Of a stretch of DNA of 64,000 nucleotides, positions 50,953 to 62,260 are shown in pieces. The position numbers and the translations under genes are program-made. The first letter of the stretch is position 1. The number at the start of each line of letters is the position of its first letter. A model generated the notes under the pieces. That model made no database searches. It saw only the letters and a list, made by a program, of their open reading frames with translations, and was not told the DNA's origin. The stretch comes from Isurus oxyrinchus (taxonomy: Eukaryota): NCBI GenBank assembly GCA_026770705.1, contig JANJGN010000001.1, positions 122,264,001 through 122,328,000 on the forward strand. The letters are read 5' to 3'.

Positions 50953-52702
50953 ACTGCAGTTCTGCTTTAGTGTGACATGAAAGCATATTCAAGTTATTGC
51001 AAAACATTGGACTGTGGGCAGCATACTCTATTTTTAATCTTAGTGAAAAGTTAGATTACGATCATACAAAACATTGGGAGAGGAAAGGCAAGAAAGGAGG
51101 AGGATCAGAGGTAAGGAAAAAACAGATCAGCAGAGGGAGAAGAAATGAAACAGCCAGCTATCAGAAGAAGGAAAATACATCCAGCTGTGGTTGTGAATGA
51201 GAAATACTGTAAAAGGAGAAATCAAATGGCAGAAGAGTAGCCTCACAGGGGCACATGGAGCCAGGGTTGGGGTGTGGGGTAAAACGATTATTCAATGACA
51301 AGACTCTCACGTCTAAATAATTCAAGAGTGGACAGTGAGAAAAAAGAGGGAGGAATAGGAGATGCACAAGGAGGAGGAAGGGGTGAAGCATGTTTCAATG
51401 ACTAGTGCTGGAAAAATAAACAGGTTCCCAGGGCCAAGTCAACTACTTTCTGTAATAGGGGGCAATAGGCCAGGGATGGTTTCCCTTGGATTAGAGTGCA
51501 CAAAGTTGTTTTTTCCTTCAATGAAAGAGAGGGTTTAAACAGTGGATCAGCAACAGTTTTTCTGTTCAGTGCAGGTAAAGGAGGCTGAGTGGATAAATCT
51601 TGCTCAATAGCAAAGGTCCAAAATGTTGCCTTTGGGAGAGGGCAAAAAACATTGGTGAGTGCAGACAGGGGAAGTAGGGGTGAAGCTAGAGTTCAGAGCA
51701 AAAGGCTTTTATAATCTTGGCTTGCTTAAAATAAGTCAGCAAGTACCAAAAACAGCACAGCAGCAGAATTATATAACTGAATAAACTTGAATACAAAATA
51801 TTTGATAACTTGCATTTACCTCAATGAGTAGCATGAGCCAGTTTGCTAGTGTATAGTTCAGAGAATCCTGGTTTGATTTTAGAGCATTTTAAATGAAAAT
51901 CAGTCTCTACATTCAAGTTGCTTCTAGACTTTCTCTGGATACAAACACAGGGAAAAAATTGCACTGAACACAGATATAAGCAGAGGCAAGTGGACAACAA
52001 TCTCGATGGTCCTTTGGTACAACTTAGGAACTCTTTTTGAATTGAAAGTCAGATGTGATCAAGAGTCATGACTTTAAGATTGTCTCTGAAAATAGAATCA
52101 CCTGTATTACTGATCAAATTCAACTTTAAACTCACAGCAATCTTGGTCTTTGGTCTGAAGCTCTCTGAAACCAAATTTCAAACCAAGACAAAATCCTGCA
52201 TTCATTTGCCTCACTGAGGAAAATATTCAATGTTTTCTGCAAGGCAAAGACAAAAGCTCCACAACTATATCTTGCAACTTTTAGGACTGACATTACACTG
52301 TCCACAATAACAGAAGACAATGTCCAGAATTTGCTACATCTTTCAACACATTCCTGGTCCACGGTAAAAGCTTTTGACAAAGCTCTGTACTTTTTGTGAA
52401 AGACAAAAATGTTACAGTTTGTAACTTGCAAAAGCTAGAGTTCATCGGGCCTATAAATTATGTTGGCCAAATAGTCTAGAAAAACCCTAAAACACCAGCT
52501 CAGGAAACGATGGCAGTGTTGATTTATAATTAGTCAAAAACATGCTGCATTGCTCCTCTAGTTTGAAGGGCAATGCCAAAACTTTACCAAAAGATAGCTT
52601 TCAAACTTCATTCATTAGCTGCAAAATATCCTTACAGTTCAAAGAGTTATTTAGATTTATCTCAGAGGACAGGCGTTTGGTCTGTGTGTGACATTTTAGC
52701 TT

Positions 52703-52860
52703 AAATAAAAACAGAAAATATTGGAAATATATCAGAATAGAATAAAAGGTCATTGATCTAAAACATTAACTCTGTTTCTCTCTCCACTGGTGCTACCTGA
52801 TTGCCTGAGTATTTGCAGGATTTTCTGTTTTTATTTCAGATTTCCAGTATTTTGCTTTCG
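52703..52860. mobile_element. Old Penelope-like terminal fragment with a short inverted piece
   Basis: aaaaacagaaaat... facing ...attttctgtttttatttcagatttccag. Flanking repeat acattttagct/accatttagct. Confidence 0.55.
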
Positions 52861-53789
52861 AATTGACCATTTAGCTCACTTGTTTCAAGTTATCTTCTGC
52901 AAGAATTTCAACACACTGTGGTCGACAATTTTCATCAGAATTGTAATGCAAATCCCAAGTATAGAAGATTGTATTTCCTCCTTCTCTTCTGCCAGAAACT
53001 TAACTTTTCAAAAATAACTCCATCCCTTCACAATTACCCAACACCAATCATCAAAGTTAGACCAGCTAAAGAACACAAGAGTTAGAGGACACTGAGGCCT
53101 TCGGAACACTTCAATATGAAATAACATATCAATTCAGGTAAGGATCATCTGGACTGGCAGCAAACTATAATATTAGATACCTGCAGCTGCAACACAACGC
53201 AGTCTTATTCCCACCTTCCTACATTTCTGTGGCAGACCGACAAACAAAAATATGAATTTCTTTTAAATTTTAAAGGAACTGGGCAACTTTAAAATTAAAA
53301 ATAAAGTAGTAACTGATATAGCCTCACACAGGGAAATCTCACCTTTAAATTGCTCCTGATTTTGATAAGCAGAGGTTCAGCCAAGCAGAGCTGCTGCTGG
53401 TGTAAAGGAACAGATTTATTATCCAGCAAGAGCTGCTTTGATTGGTCCAACTTCTGCTTCTAGATTAGAATACAAGCCACCCATGCTGTGCAGAGATCAC
53501 TCCATGAGACAGTATGAATTAATATCTTTAAGAATTTAAACTTAAATTTCTCCTGTTTCCTTTAGAATTCAAGAAATTCAGATTTATGTTGCATCTCTTC
53601 TAGTTATGAGCAGTTGAATAGCGAGTTCCCTTTATCAGCCAGCCTTGCATCCTCCTTATATCCTTGTTGCATCCTTCCCAATTTGGGAACACCTAATCTA
53701 AAATGACACTTCAGTGGAATACTGAGGCAGTGACGCACAGTCAGAATCCTAACTTTCAAGTGAGGCCGTGCTTTATCAGGTGGGTGCAA

Positions 53790-55345
53790 ACGTACAAGCA
53801 AGGAGCAGGAGCAAGCCACTCGGCCCTTGGAGCCTGCTCCGCCATTTAATAAGATCATTATTGATCTGACCGTAACCTCCCACCTACCCCCAATAACCCT
53901 TCACCCCCTTGTTATCAAGAATCTATCTACCTCTGCCTTGAAAACGTCAAAGACTCTACTTCCACTGTCTTTTGAGGAAGTGAGTTCCAAAGACTCTCGG
54001 CCATCAGAGAAAAAAATTCTTCTCATGTCTGCTTTAAATGGGTGGCCCCTTATTTTTAAACAGTGATCCCTAGTACTAGGTTCTCCCACAAGAGGAAATG
54101 TCCTCTCCACATCCACCGTCAAGTCCCCTGAGGATCTTATATGTTTCAATCAGGTCAACTCTTACTCTTCTAAATTCCAGCAGATACAAGCTGAGCCTGT
54201 CCAATCTTTTATCATAAGACAACCCATCCATTCTTGGTGTTAGTTTAGTAAATGTTCTCTGAACTACTTCTAATGCATCTGCATTCTTCCTTAAATAAAG
54301 AGACCAATACACTACACAACACTTCAGATATGGTCTCACAAGTGCCCCGTACAACTGATGTGCTTCAGTTTAACTTACAAGCGTAGATAAAGGTAGGGTA
54401 GTGCCTTTGGAACAGAAATATGAAAGACAGAGGTGTAGAGACATTTGCCAGCAGAAGGAAAGGATCCAGGTGTGTATCATTAGCTAGCTGAAACCATTCA
54501 GTTTCAGCTAGCTAATGGTATACACCTGGATCCTTTCCTTCTGCTGGCAAATATCTCTACACCTCTGTCTTTCATATTTCTGTTCCAAAGGCACTACCCT
54601 ATCTTTATCTACACAAAAGTCTACCTGCTTAATTTGAATCAATCCCTTTTGAATTCACCATGCTTCCTTATATTTGCCTGGCCAAACTGGGCATATGTTC
54701 TCGTTTTTTAGCTGATCAACAAATTACACTCATACAGCACCTTTAACATAATAAACAGTCCCTAAGTGCTTCAATCTCTCACCCTCCCCTCCTCTTGATC
54801 TTGTTTTCTGTCCCTCACTCCTCTCTCTTGCTCTCGAGTCCTCTGTCTTGTACTTTCTGTTTTAATGTTCAGTTTCCCTCAGAATAAATGATAACATTCA
54901 ATAAGCTTTTCTCATTACTTGCTGTACCTGCACATTAGCCTTTTCTGATTCATGCACGAGGACACCCACACCCTCTGCGTCTCAGAGCTCTGCAATCTCT
55001 CACCATTTAGATAATATGCTTTTTATTCTTCCTGTCAAAATGGACAATTTCACATTTTCCCACATTGTACTCCATTTTGCAGATCTATGCCCACTCACTT
55101 AACATATATATGCCCCCTTGTAGCCTCCTAATGTCCTCTTCATAACTTACTTTCCCACCTTGGTATCATGAACAAATTTAGCAATCATAACTTCTTACAA
55201 TTTGTATAAATGATTTGGATGAAGGCACCGAAGGTGAGGCCCCAGCATTGATCCCTGGCTCATTACATCCTGGCAACCAGACTAAGACCCATTTATGGCT
55301 ATGCTCTGTTTCCTGTTAACTGGCCAATCTTCCATCCATGCCAAT
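53790..55345 (-). mobile_element. CR1 LINE 3' portion, interrupted at about 54358-54905
   Basis: ORFs 53901-54149 and 54076-54354 are CR1 RT C-terminus. RT sequence resumes at about 54905. Confidence 0.85.
54383..54612. repeat. Near-perfect palindrome, 112-bp arms, 6-nt loop
   Basis: 54383-54494 is the reverse complement of 54501-54612 with no indels and 4 transitions by manual count. Confidence 0.97.
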
Positions 55346-55580
55346 ATGCCATAGAACCATTCAAAGAAGAGGAGTCCTGTTGGATGTCCTGTCCAACGCT
55401 TATTTATTGCTCAATGCTAGCATAACCAGATTTCTGATCATTTTCCTCATTGCTATACACAAACTGATTGTTATGTTTCCTTACAACAGAAACTATTTTT
55501 CAAAAGTGCTTAGTTGGCTGTGAAGTGCTTTGAGATGTCCTGAGGATGTGAAAGGTGCTCTAAATTGGGGGGTGGTGCAG

Positions 55581-55636
<56 letters not shown>

Positions 55637-55640
55637 GAGA
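55581..55640. repeat. (GA)n(GACA)n microsatellite
   Basis: Read directly. Confidence 0.95.
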
Positions 55641-56289
55641 ATAACCCTTTGAATGTGATTTTTCATGTTTCTGTAACAGGGATCATGAAATTGCTATTGA
55701 ATGTGGTTTTGCATCATAGTCTAGTAGATGCTTTGTAAAGAAGAGGCATTTTTATTTGTTCAAAGCTGAGGTGTGGGAAGAATAGCACCATCCTGATTTC
55801 TCTAAACCTTGCACTTCAACGAACTCTCTACACTACATATTTTCAGCTGATCTAAGCATGCAGATTTAATTATTCGCATGCTCAGATCAGCAATCAGTAA
55901 TAAAAACGCATAATGGAAGTAGGTCAATCATTTTAGTAATAAAACTAGCACATTGCCTATGGCATGGCTAACAGCAAGTTGATGGATTCATTGTTCCACA
56001 ATAATTAGGGCTGTATGTTATGTTATGCACAGTGCATTATCAGGCCAGTGATTTCGAGACATTGCTAAATTTTGTTTTTATTGCATGCTATTCAGGAATG
56101 AGTGTTTTTTGGACTCACTATACCATTGCTCATAGGAAAAAGATCAATTATTTAAGGATTAACAGGAGACGGAATGAATGAGAGGGGGGAAGCGAAGATC
56201 CAGAGATAGGAGGGGAGTGTGAGAGGAGATACAGGGGAGCACAAGTGGAAAGGGGGGTTATGATAGTACTAGGAAAAGTGTGAAAGGTA

Positions 56290-56660
56290 GGAAGTACAAG
56301 ACAGGATTCGAGAGCAAGAGAAAGGAGTGAGGGACAGAAAGCAAGACCAAGAGGAGGGGAGGGTGAGAGTGTGAAGCACTTTGGGGCTGTTTATTATGTT
56401 AAAAGTGCTGTATGAGTGTAATTTGTTGATCAGCTAAAAAACGAGGACATATGCCACATTAGTAGTTTGGCCAGACAAATGTAAGGAAGCATGGTGAATT
56501 CAAAAGGGATTGATTCAAATTAAGCAGGTAGACTTTTGTGTAGATAAAGATAGGGTAGTGCCTTTGGAACAGAAAAAATAAAAGACAGAGGTGTAGAGAT
56601 ATTTGCCAGCAGAAGGAAAGGGTCCAGGTGCGTACCATTAGCTAGCTGAAACCATCCAGT
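56290..56660. repeat. Donor segment: inverted copy at about 54501-54858, direct copy of its 3' 120 bp at 54383-54502
   Basis: Direct sequence comparison. Confidence 0.95.
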
Positions 56661-57084
56661 CAACATGAAGCCATTAACAAAGTTCATTACGTGTCAGAAT
56701 TTATTTTTCAAACATTTGATAAGTTAATCTAACTTTATTACAGAACAATTGACATGACCACAGTTGAAATACTGCTTTCAATTTTTGACATCACAACATT
56801 CAGAAAGAGGGGTTTGGAGAAAACCTACACAGCTTTTTTTCATTGGTGAAAGTAGGAAAATATTTAGAAGCAATAGAAGTGGTAACTCCAAGGTTGGGCA
56901 TTGCAGGCGCCTGTGGGTAATGCTGGCTGGAAAATTGCTGACATTCAGTGTCAAATTTTCCATTCGCTATAATTAATAGATTTAAAATCAAGTACCACAG
57001 GCCCACAATCTCCCAGCCAGCATTCCACAGGAGTGCCATTCTATGCTGGAAATGGCCAACAAACAAATGAGCCCAAAACAAAGG

Positions 57085-57262
57085 CAAAACATTACTGAGG
57101 CTGGAAAGCTGAATAAAAACAGAAAATGTTAGAAATAATCAAGCAGCGACAGAGAGAGGACTCAGTGCTGACACTAGGTCAGTGACCTAGAACATTAACT
57201 ATGTTGCTCTTTCCATTGATGCTGGCTGATTTGCTGATCATTTCCAGCATTTTCTGTTTTTT
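57085..57262. mobile_element. Old inverted pair of Penelope-like terminal fragments
   Basis: aaaaacagaaaatg... and ...cattttctgttttt facing each other. Confidence 0.5.
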
Positions 57263-57605
57263 TTAATTATAGACGAATGAGCCCTACAGACACAAGCTGG
57301 CTAATTCGTTTGAACTGTGGGCAGAGTAGTACAGGTCGGGGCACCATTAAAAATCAGATTAAATCAAAGCATGAAAAAACTGCTTTTCTTCATGTAATAG
57401 CAGATACATGTCATATTTTAATAAGTTAATATATTGTTAATGAATTGCATTTAAAAAAGAACAATGCATATTGTCTTTTATTGTGGTCATAATTAGATAA
57501 GTATGGATGGAGATGATCAAACACTGAAATATAATGGTTTTGAGCTGATACAATTATAATTCTCAATGCTATCGGAATTTATTGTAAAATAGTGGTGCCT
57601 GTGTC

Positions 57606-58405
57606 TGTTATGTGTCTGTGTACATGTGAGAGACTTAATTGGATTAAAGGCAGCTGGTCTGAAGCCTTTGATGTAAACATGGTTAACATGGGGGAAGTTT
57701 AGAATGTAAGGTGTAAAAAGACATTTGCATTTTTAAATAAACCAAACTAGATTGTTTTCAAAGGAGGGGTGAAATGTGTCCCCCAGCCAGGTGAAGTTTA
57801 GAAACAGTGTGTTTACTTTTCCCAAAGATTACTGGTAAAACTTAGTACTATGAGAGATTTTTATTATCAGAAAGGTAAAGTCCAAAGACATAGTGAAACA
57901 ATGGGAATTTGCATTCAAAGGGGAAAATATGTATAAAGGAGTGAATATATGTATAAAGGATGTGTGTAAGGGTAGGCACTTTTAAGATCTAACAAGTATT
58001 AAAAACCTTCAGCATCTATGCCTCAAGCTGCTGCTTTCAAATAACTGAAGTTAAGAAAATCTACTTTGAATTTGGCTGGTTCAGGGTGTGTCACCTTGTC
58101 TGGGTCTTTTAAAGTCTATGTTTTACTGTTGCCTTCACAAAAGTGTAACTGGGAGTCAGAATAAGTAGGGGATTTAGAAGTTATCATAGCAGTAATCTGT
58201 ATATCTATGTTTAAAATCATTTCTCTTATTAATTAATGTTTAATCCTAGTTTTGTAAAAACCTATAAGACTTGGTCGTCTTTTACTACTGAATTCAAGGC
58301 ACACCACAAAATTTATACAAATTACAAAACAAGTTGTGGCAGTTGTTTCAAGTTTCCCTTCGGGATTTGAACAACTCAGCATATACCATCGGCTGTGCCT
58401 TAACA
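57606..58405 (+). mobile_element. Probable solo LTR
   Basis: TGTTA...TAACA termini, about 800 bp, internal TATA-like duplication atatgtataaagga. TSD not found. Confidence 0.45.
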
Positions 58406-58436
58406 CCCCTGCTAAGCAACCAGTCAAAAAGATTAA

Positions 58437-58669
58437 CAAAAGCAAAAACAGAAAATGCTGGAAAAACTCAGATCTAACAGCATCTGTGGAGAGAAAAACA
58501 AAGTTGACGTTTCGAGTCCTCATGGCTCTTCTTCAGCTCTGAAGAAGTCATACGGACTCCAATCGTTAATTGTTTTTCTCTCCATAGATCCTGCTCGATC
58601 TGCAGTTTTTCCAGCATTTTCTGTTTTTGTTTCAGATTTCCAGCATCCGCAGTATTTTGCTTTTATCTT
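58437..58669. mobile_element. Inverted pair of Penelope-like terminal repeats joined at the hammerhead-like core, TSD-flanked
   Basis: Junction ...tcttcttcag-ct-ctgaagaag.... Flanks agtcaaaaagattaa (58422-58436) and agtcaaaagattaa (58670-58683). Confidence 0.8.
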
Positions 58670-59204
58670 AGTCAAAAGATTAAGAATGGTCCGATCACAA
58701 TACTGGGACATTGATCAAATGATCTTACCAATCCACAAAAATTCTACTTTCATGCTTCTCTGTTTGCCAATCAAGTTTACTTGAGGTTTTCCGCAGATGG
58801 TGTAAAGAATATACCAGTGCTCAATAATATAAGAATTCAGAAAATTTGCAACATAATCATGCTTCAGACACCTGCGTTTTAAATGTTTTGAAAAGCTTCA
58901 ATACAATTTATGTTTGTATTATCTGATTATGATTTTAAAAAATTCATTCACGGGATATAGGCTTCACTGGCTGGGCCAGAATTTATTGCCAACCCTAGTT
59001 GATAACTAAAAAGCAGAAAATAACCAAGAACCACAAGTTAATACAACTGTGGCAATAGTAACACCAATCTTATTCCTAAAAAATCATTGCTACATTGATT
59101 TGCACAAATGCTTATAGAAATTTGCAAGCAGTGGGGAAAAAACCCAATCAGCAGTTTTTTTCATATAATTTTCAAGTTTAATTCAGATTTGCAATGCTCC
59201 TTAC

Positions 59205-59342
59205 TTCATCAGAAGCAGAACGCAGACATTGAACAGCAGCCTGTTTCTTCATTTCCTCAAGACTCAGATCTGAACACTTCCTTTTTCCTCTTCCCCATTT
59301 CTTGGTGGTTCCTTTCTCCCAGCCCAAGAAGATGTCATTTTC
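59205..59342 (-). CDS. KIAA0232: KIAA0232 coding exon (first in window), 138 nt, ENDIFLGWEKG...QCLRSASDE
   Basis: Peptide closely matches the remembered human KIAA0232 N-terminal region (ENDIFLGWEKG..KKW...CSDL.LEEMKKQAAVQCLRSASDE). Acceptor aaacag, donor GTAAGG, phase 0/0. Confidence 0.95.
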
Positions 59343-59688
59343 CTGTTTCATAAAATTAGAGTGGAACAATTAGCATACAGAAAAATTACCACTTCATAAT
59401 TCAAAGCGAAGCTCAACTGAATATTGGATTTGGTAAAATGCAATAAATCGATCCATTAACAAAGAGCACTAAGCATGGACAGAATAATGGGATACTGCGG
59501 TTGCATAACATCACTCATGTTATGAGGGACATTGAAGCAGACAGTAGAAATTTGTTCAGAATACAAGATGCATGTCTGAAAAAGACATCAAAATGGTTGT
59601 ACAAGATGTTAAGAAAGCACAATGATGAGTATCTGAAATTTTTGTATTTTTTATTTGAAGTGTGAAAAACAAACAATACAATTTAGAA

Positions 59689-59800
59689 TTTTCCCTAGTT
59701 CTGTGGAAGGGTCATGAGGACTCGAAACGTCAACTCTTTTCTTCTCCGCCGATGCTGCCAGACCTGCTGAGTTTTTCCAGGTAATTCTGTTTTTGTTTTG
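59689..59800 (+). mobile_element. Young 112-bp Penelope-like insert with hammerhead-like motif and perfect 14-bp TSD
   Basis: TSD aatacaatttagaa at 59675-59688 and 59801-59814. Motif agtt-ctgtgga-a-gggtc atgag gactc-gaaa-cg-tc-aact. Confidence 0.85.
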
Positions 59801-60109
59801 AATACAATTTAGAAATTGTGTTATTAGTAATATTTTTGAGCTGAAGTAAAGCACTATTTGTTACAGGTTTGCCATTGTAGCTAGTACTGGTGATGATTTC
59901 TCCTTTGGTTATTTTGCTAAATATCTGTATGCTTTCGTTATCGACCATCCTCTCAGTGGAAACAGTGTCTCCCTATATAGTCTATCACAACCCTTCACAA
60001 TATAAAAAATAACCTATTAAATCTCCCTGAACATTTTCTGCTCAAGAATAATGCAGCTTTTCCAGTCTCCATAAAACTCAAGTCATCACTTGGTAGTACA
60101 GAACATGAG

Positions 60110-60545
60110 TATTGCGGAAAAAAGAGAAATGCTGTCGAAGCTTTTTGGCTTGCACTCATCAGGACAAGAATACCAAATTTCAAAGGGAACAATTTATCCT
60201 GCATGAGAAAAAGGGTGCTGATTGGTTAGCAAGTGGACTCTGATTGGTTGAGGCTTTGCCCTGGGGAATGGGGAACGGTTGTTCCCCAAGCTTTTGCTTA
60301 ATTGAAAAAGGCACAATGCCTGGACAAATTCCTTTTGCCTGCAGAGGACCAGCCCTACATATGAATGTATGTAGCTTCTAGCAAGCATAAGTGAGCCACA
60401 TTGTGACCCCAACTGATATTCTTAAATTGGTAGTTAGTATAATTCTTGGCATACTTGGGATTGTCCAATAAGTGATGTCCAATCACAGAATCACATCTAA
60501 TTTTGGACAATATGTTCTGAGTTTTGCAAGCATGGTCAGTATTCT
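60110..60545 (-). mobile_element. Penelope-like element 3' end: GIY-YIG endonuclease C-terminal remnant plus minimal hammerhead (60131-60168)
   Basis: Minus-strand hand translation RCDSVIGHHLLDNPKYAKNYTNYQF...HLCLLEATYIH resembles the PLE endonuclease C-terminus. Motif tgtc-CTGATGA-g tgcaagc c-aaaa-agct-tc-gaca. Confidence 0.75.
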
Positions 60546-60554
60546 ACCATTACC

Positions 60555-62260
60555 ACCAAGCCAGGGGATCAACCCTGGTTCAATGAAGGCCAAGGGCAGC
60601 ATTAGGATGACCTAAAAATGAGGTGTCAACCTGGTGAAGCTACAACACAGGACAACTTGCACGCCAACCAGCATAAGCAGCATGCAATAGATAGAGTTCA
60701 GCGATCCCACAACCAATGGACCACATCCAGTCATGAATGGTGGTGGACAATTAAACAACTCACTGGTAGAGGAGACACCACAAATATCCCCATCCTCAAT
60801 GATGAGGCAGACCAGCACATCAGCACAAAAGATAAGGCTGAAACATTTGCAAGAATCTTTAGCCAGAAGTGCAGAGTGGATGATCCATCTCGGCCCCCTC
60901 TGGAGGTCCCCAGCATCACAGGTCTTCGGCCAATTCAACTTACTCTTGATATCACATAGAAATGGCAGAATGAACTGGATACTGCAAAGCCTATGAGCCC
61001 TGACAACATTCCGGCAATAGTACTGAAAACGTGTGCTCCAGAACTCAACGCACCCCTAGCCAAGCTGTTCTAGTACAGCTACAATACTGATATCTACCCG
61101 CCAATGTGGAAAGTTGTCCAGGTATGTCCTATACACATGGACTACATGGCAGCATTTGACCAAGTTGGCATCATGGAGCCATAGCAAAACTGAAATTAAT
61201 GGAAATCAGGGGAAAACGTTCCACTGGTTGGAGTCATATCTAGCACAAAGGAAGACGTTTGTGGTTGTTGGAGGTCAATCATCTCAGTTCCAGGGCATCA
61301 TTGCAGGAGTTCCTCAGGGTAGTGTCCTAGGTCCAGCCATCTTCAGCCGCTTCATCAATGACCTTCCTTCCATCATAAGGTCAGAAGTGGGGACGTTTGC
61401 TGATGATTGCGCAATGCTCAGCACCACTCATGGCTCCTCAGATACTGAAGCAGTCCATGTCCAAATGCAGTAAGACCTGGATAATATCCAATCTTGGGCT
61501 GATAAGTCGCAAGTTGGATTCACGCCACACAAGTGCCAGGCAATGACCATCTCCAACAAAGGAGAATCTAACTGTCGCCCCATGACATTCAATGGCATTA
61601 CTGTCGTTGAATCCCCCACTATCAACACCCTGGGGGGTTACCATTGAACAGAAACTGAACTGGACTAGCCATATTAATACTGTGGCTACAAGAGTAGATC
61701 AGAGTCCAGGGATCCTGCGGTGAGTAACTCATCTCTTTACTCCCCAAAGCCTTTCCACCATCTTCAAGGCACAAGTCAGAAGTGTGATGGAAAACTCTCC
61801 GCTTGCCTGGATGTGTAGTTCCAACAACACTCAAGAAGCTTGACACCAACCACAACAAAACAGCCTATATAATTAGCACGTCTTCAACACAAACATTCAC
61901 TCTCTCCCCCACTGCGGTAGTGTGTACCACCTACATGATGCAGTGCAGAAACTCACCAAGGCTCCTCAACATGACCATTACTATCTAGAAGGACAAGGGC
62001 AATGGATATATGGGAACTCCACCATTTGGAAGTTCCCCTCCAAGCCACTCACCATCCTGACTTGGAAATATGTTGTCGTTCCTTCACTGTCACTGGGTCA
62101 AAGTCCTGGAACTACCTCTCTAACAGCACTGTCGGTGCACCTACACTATAGGGGCTGCATTGGTTTAAGAAGGCAGCTCACCACCTCCTTCTTAAGGGCA
62201 ATGAGGGATGGACAGTAAATGCTGATCTAGCCTGCGATGCCCACGTCCCATGAATGAAGA
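60555..62260 (+). mobile_element. LINE family B, about 1.7 kb decayed ORF2 with 3' tail
   Basis: GVPQGSVLGPAIFSRFINDLPS...FADDC; collinear with the reverse complement of 24722-26690. Confidence 0.9.

Larger units (their letters stand above)
53660..55562 (+). mobile_element. Deu-domain (SacSINE1/AmnSINE1-like) SINE split into 53660-53785 and 55350-55562 by a CR1 insertion
   Basis: 5' half ...cagtggaatactgagg...; 3' half ...gatcattttcctcattgct...tgtgaagtgctttgagatgtcctgaggatgtgaaaggtgct (L2-type tail). Family assignment from memory. Confidence 0.55.
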
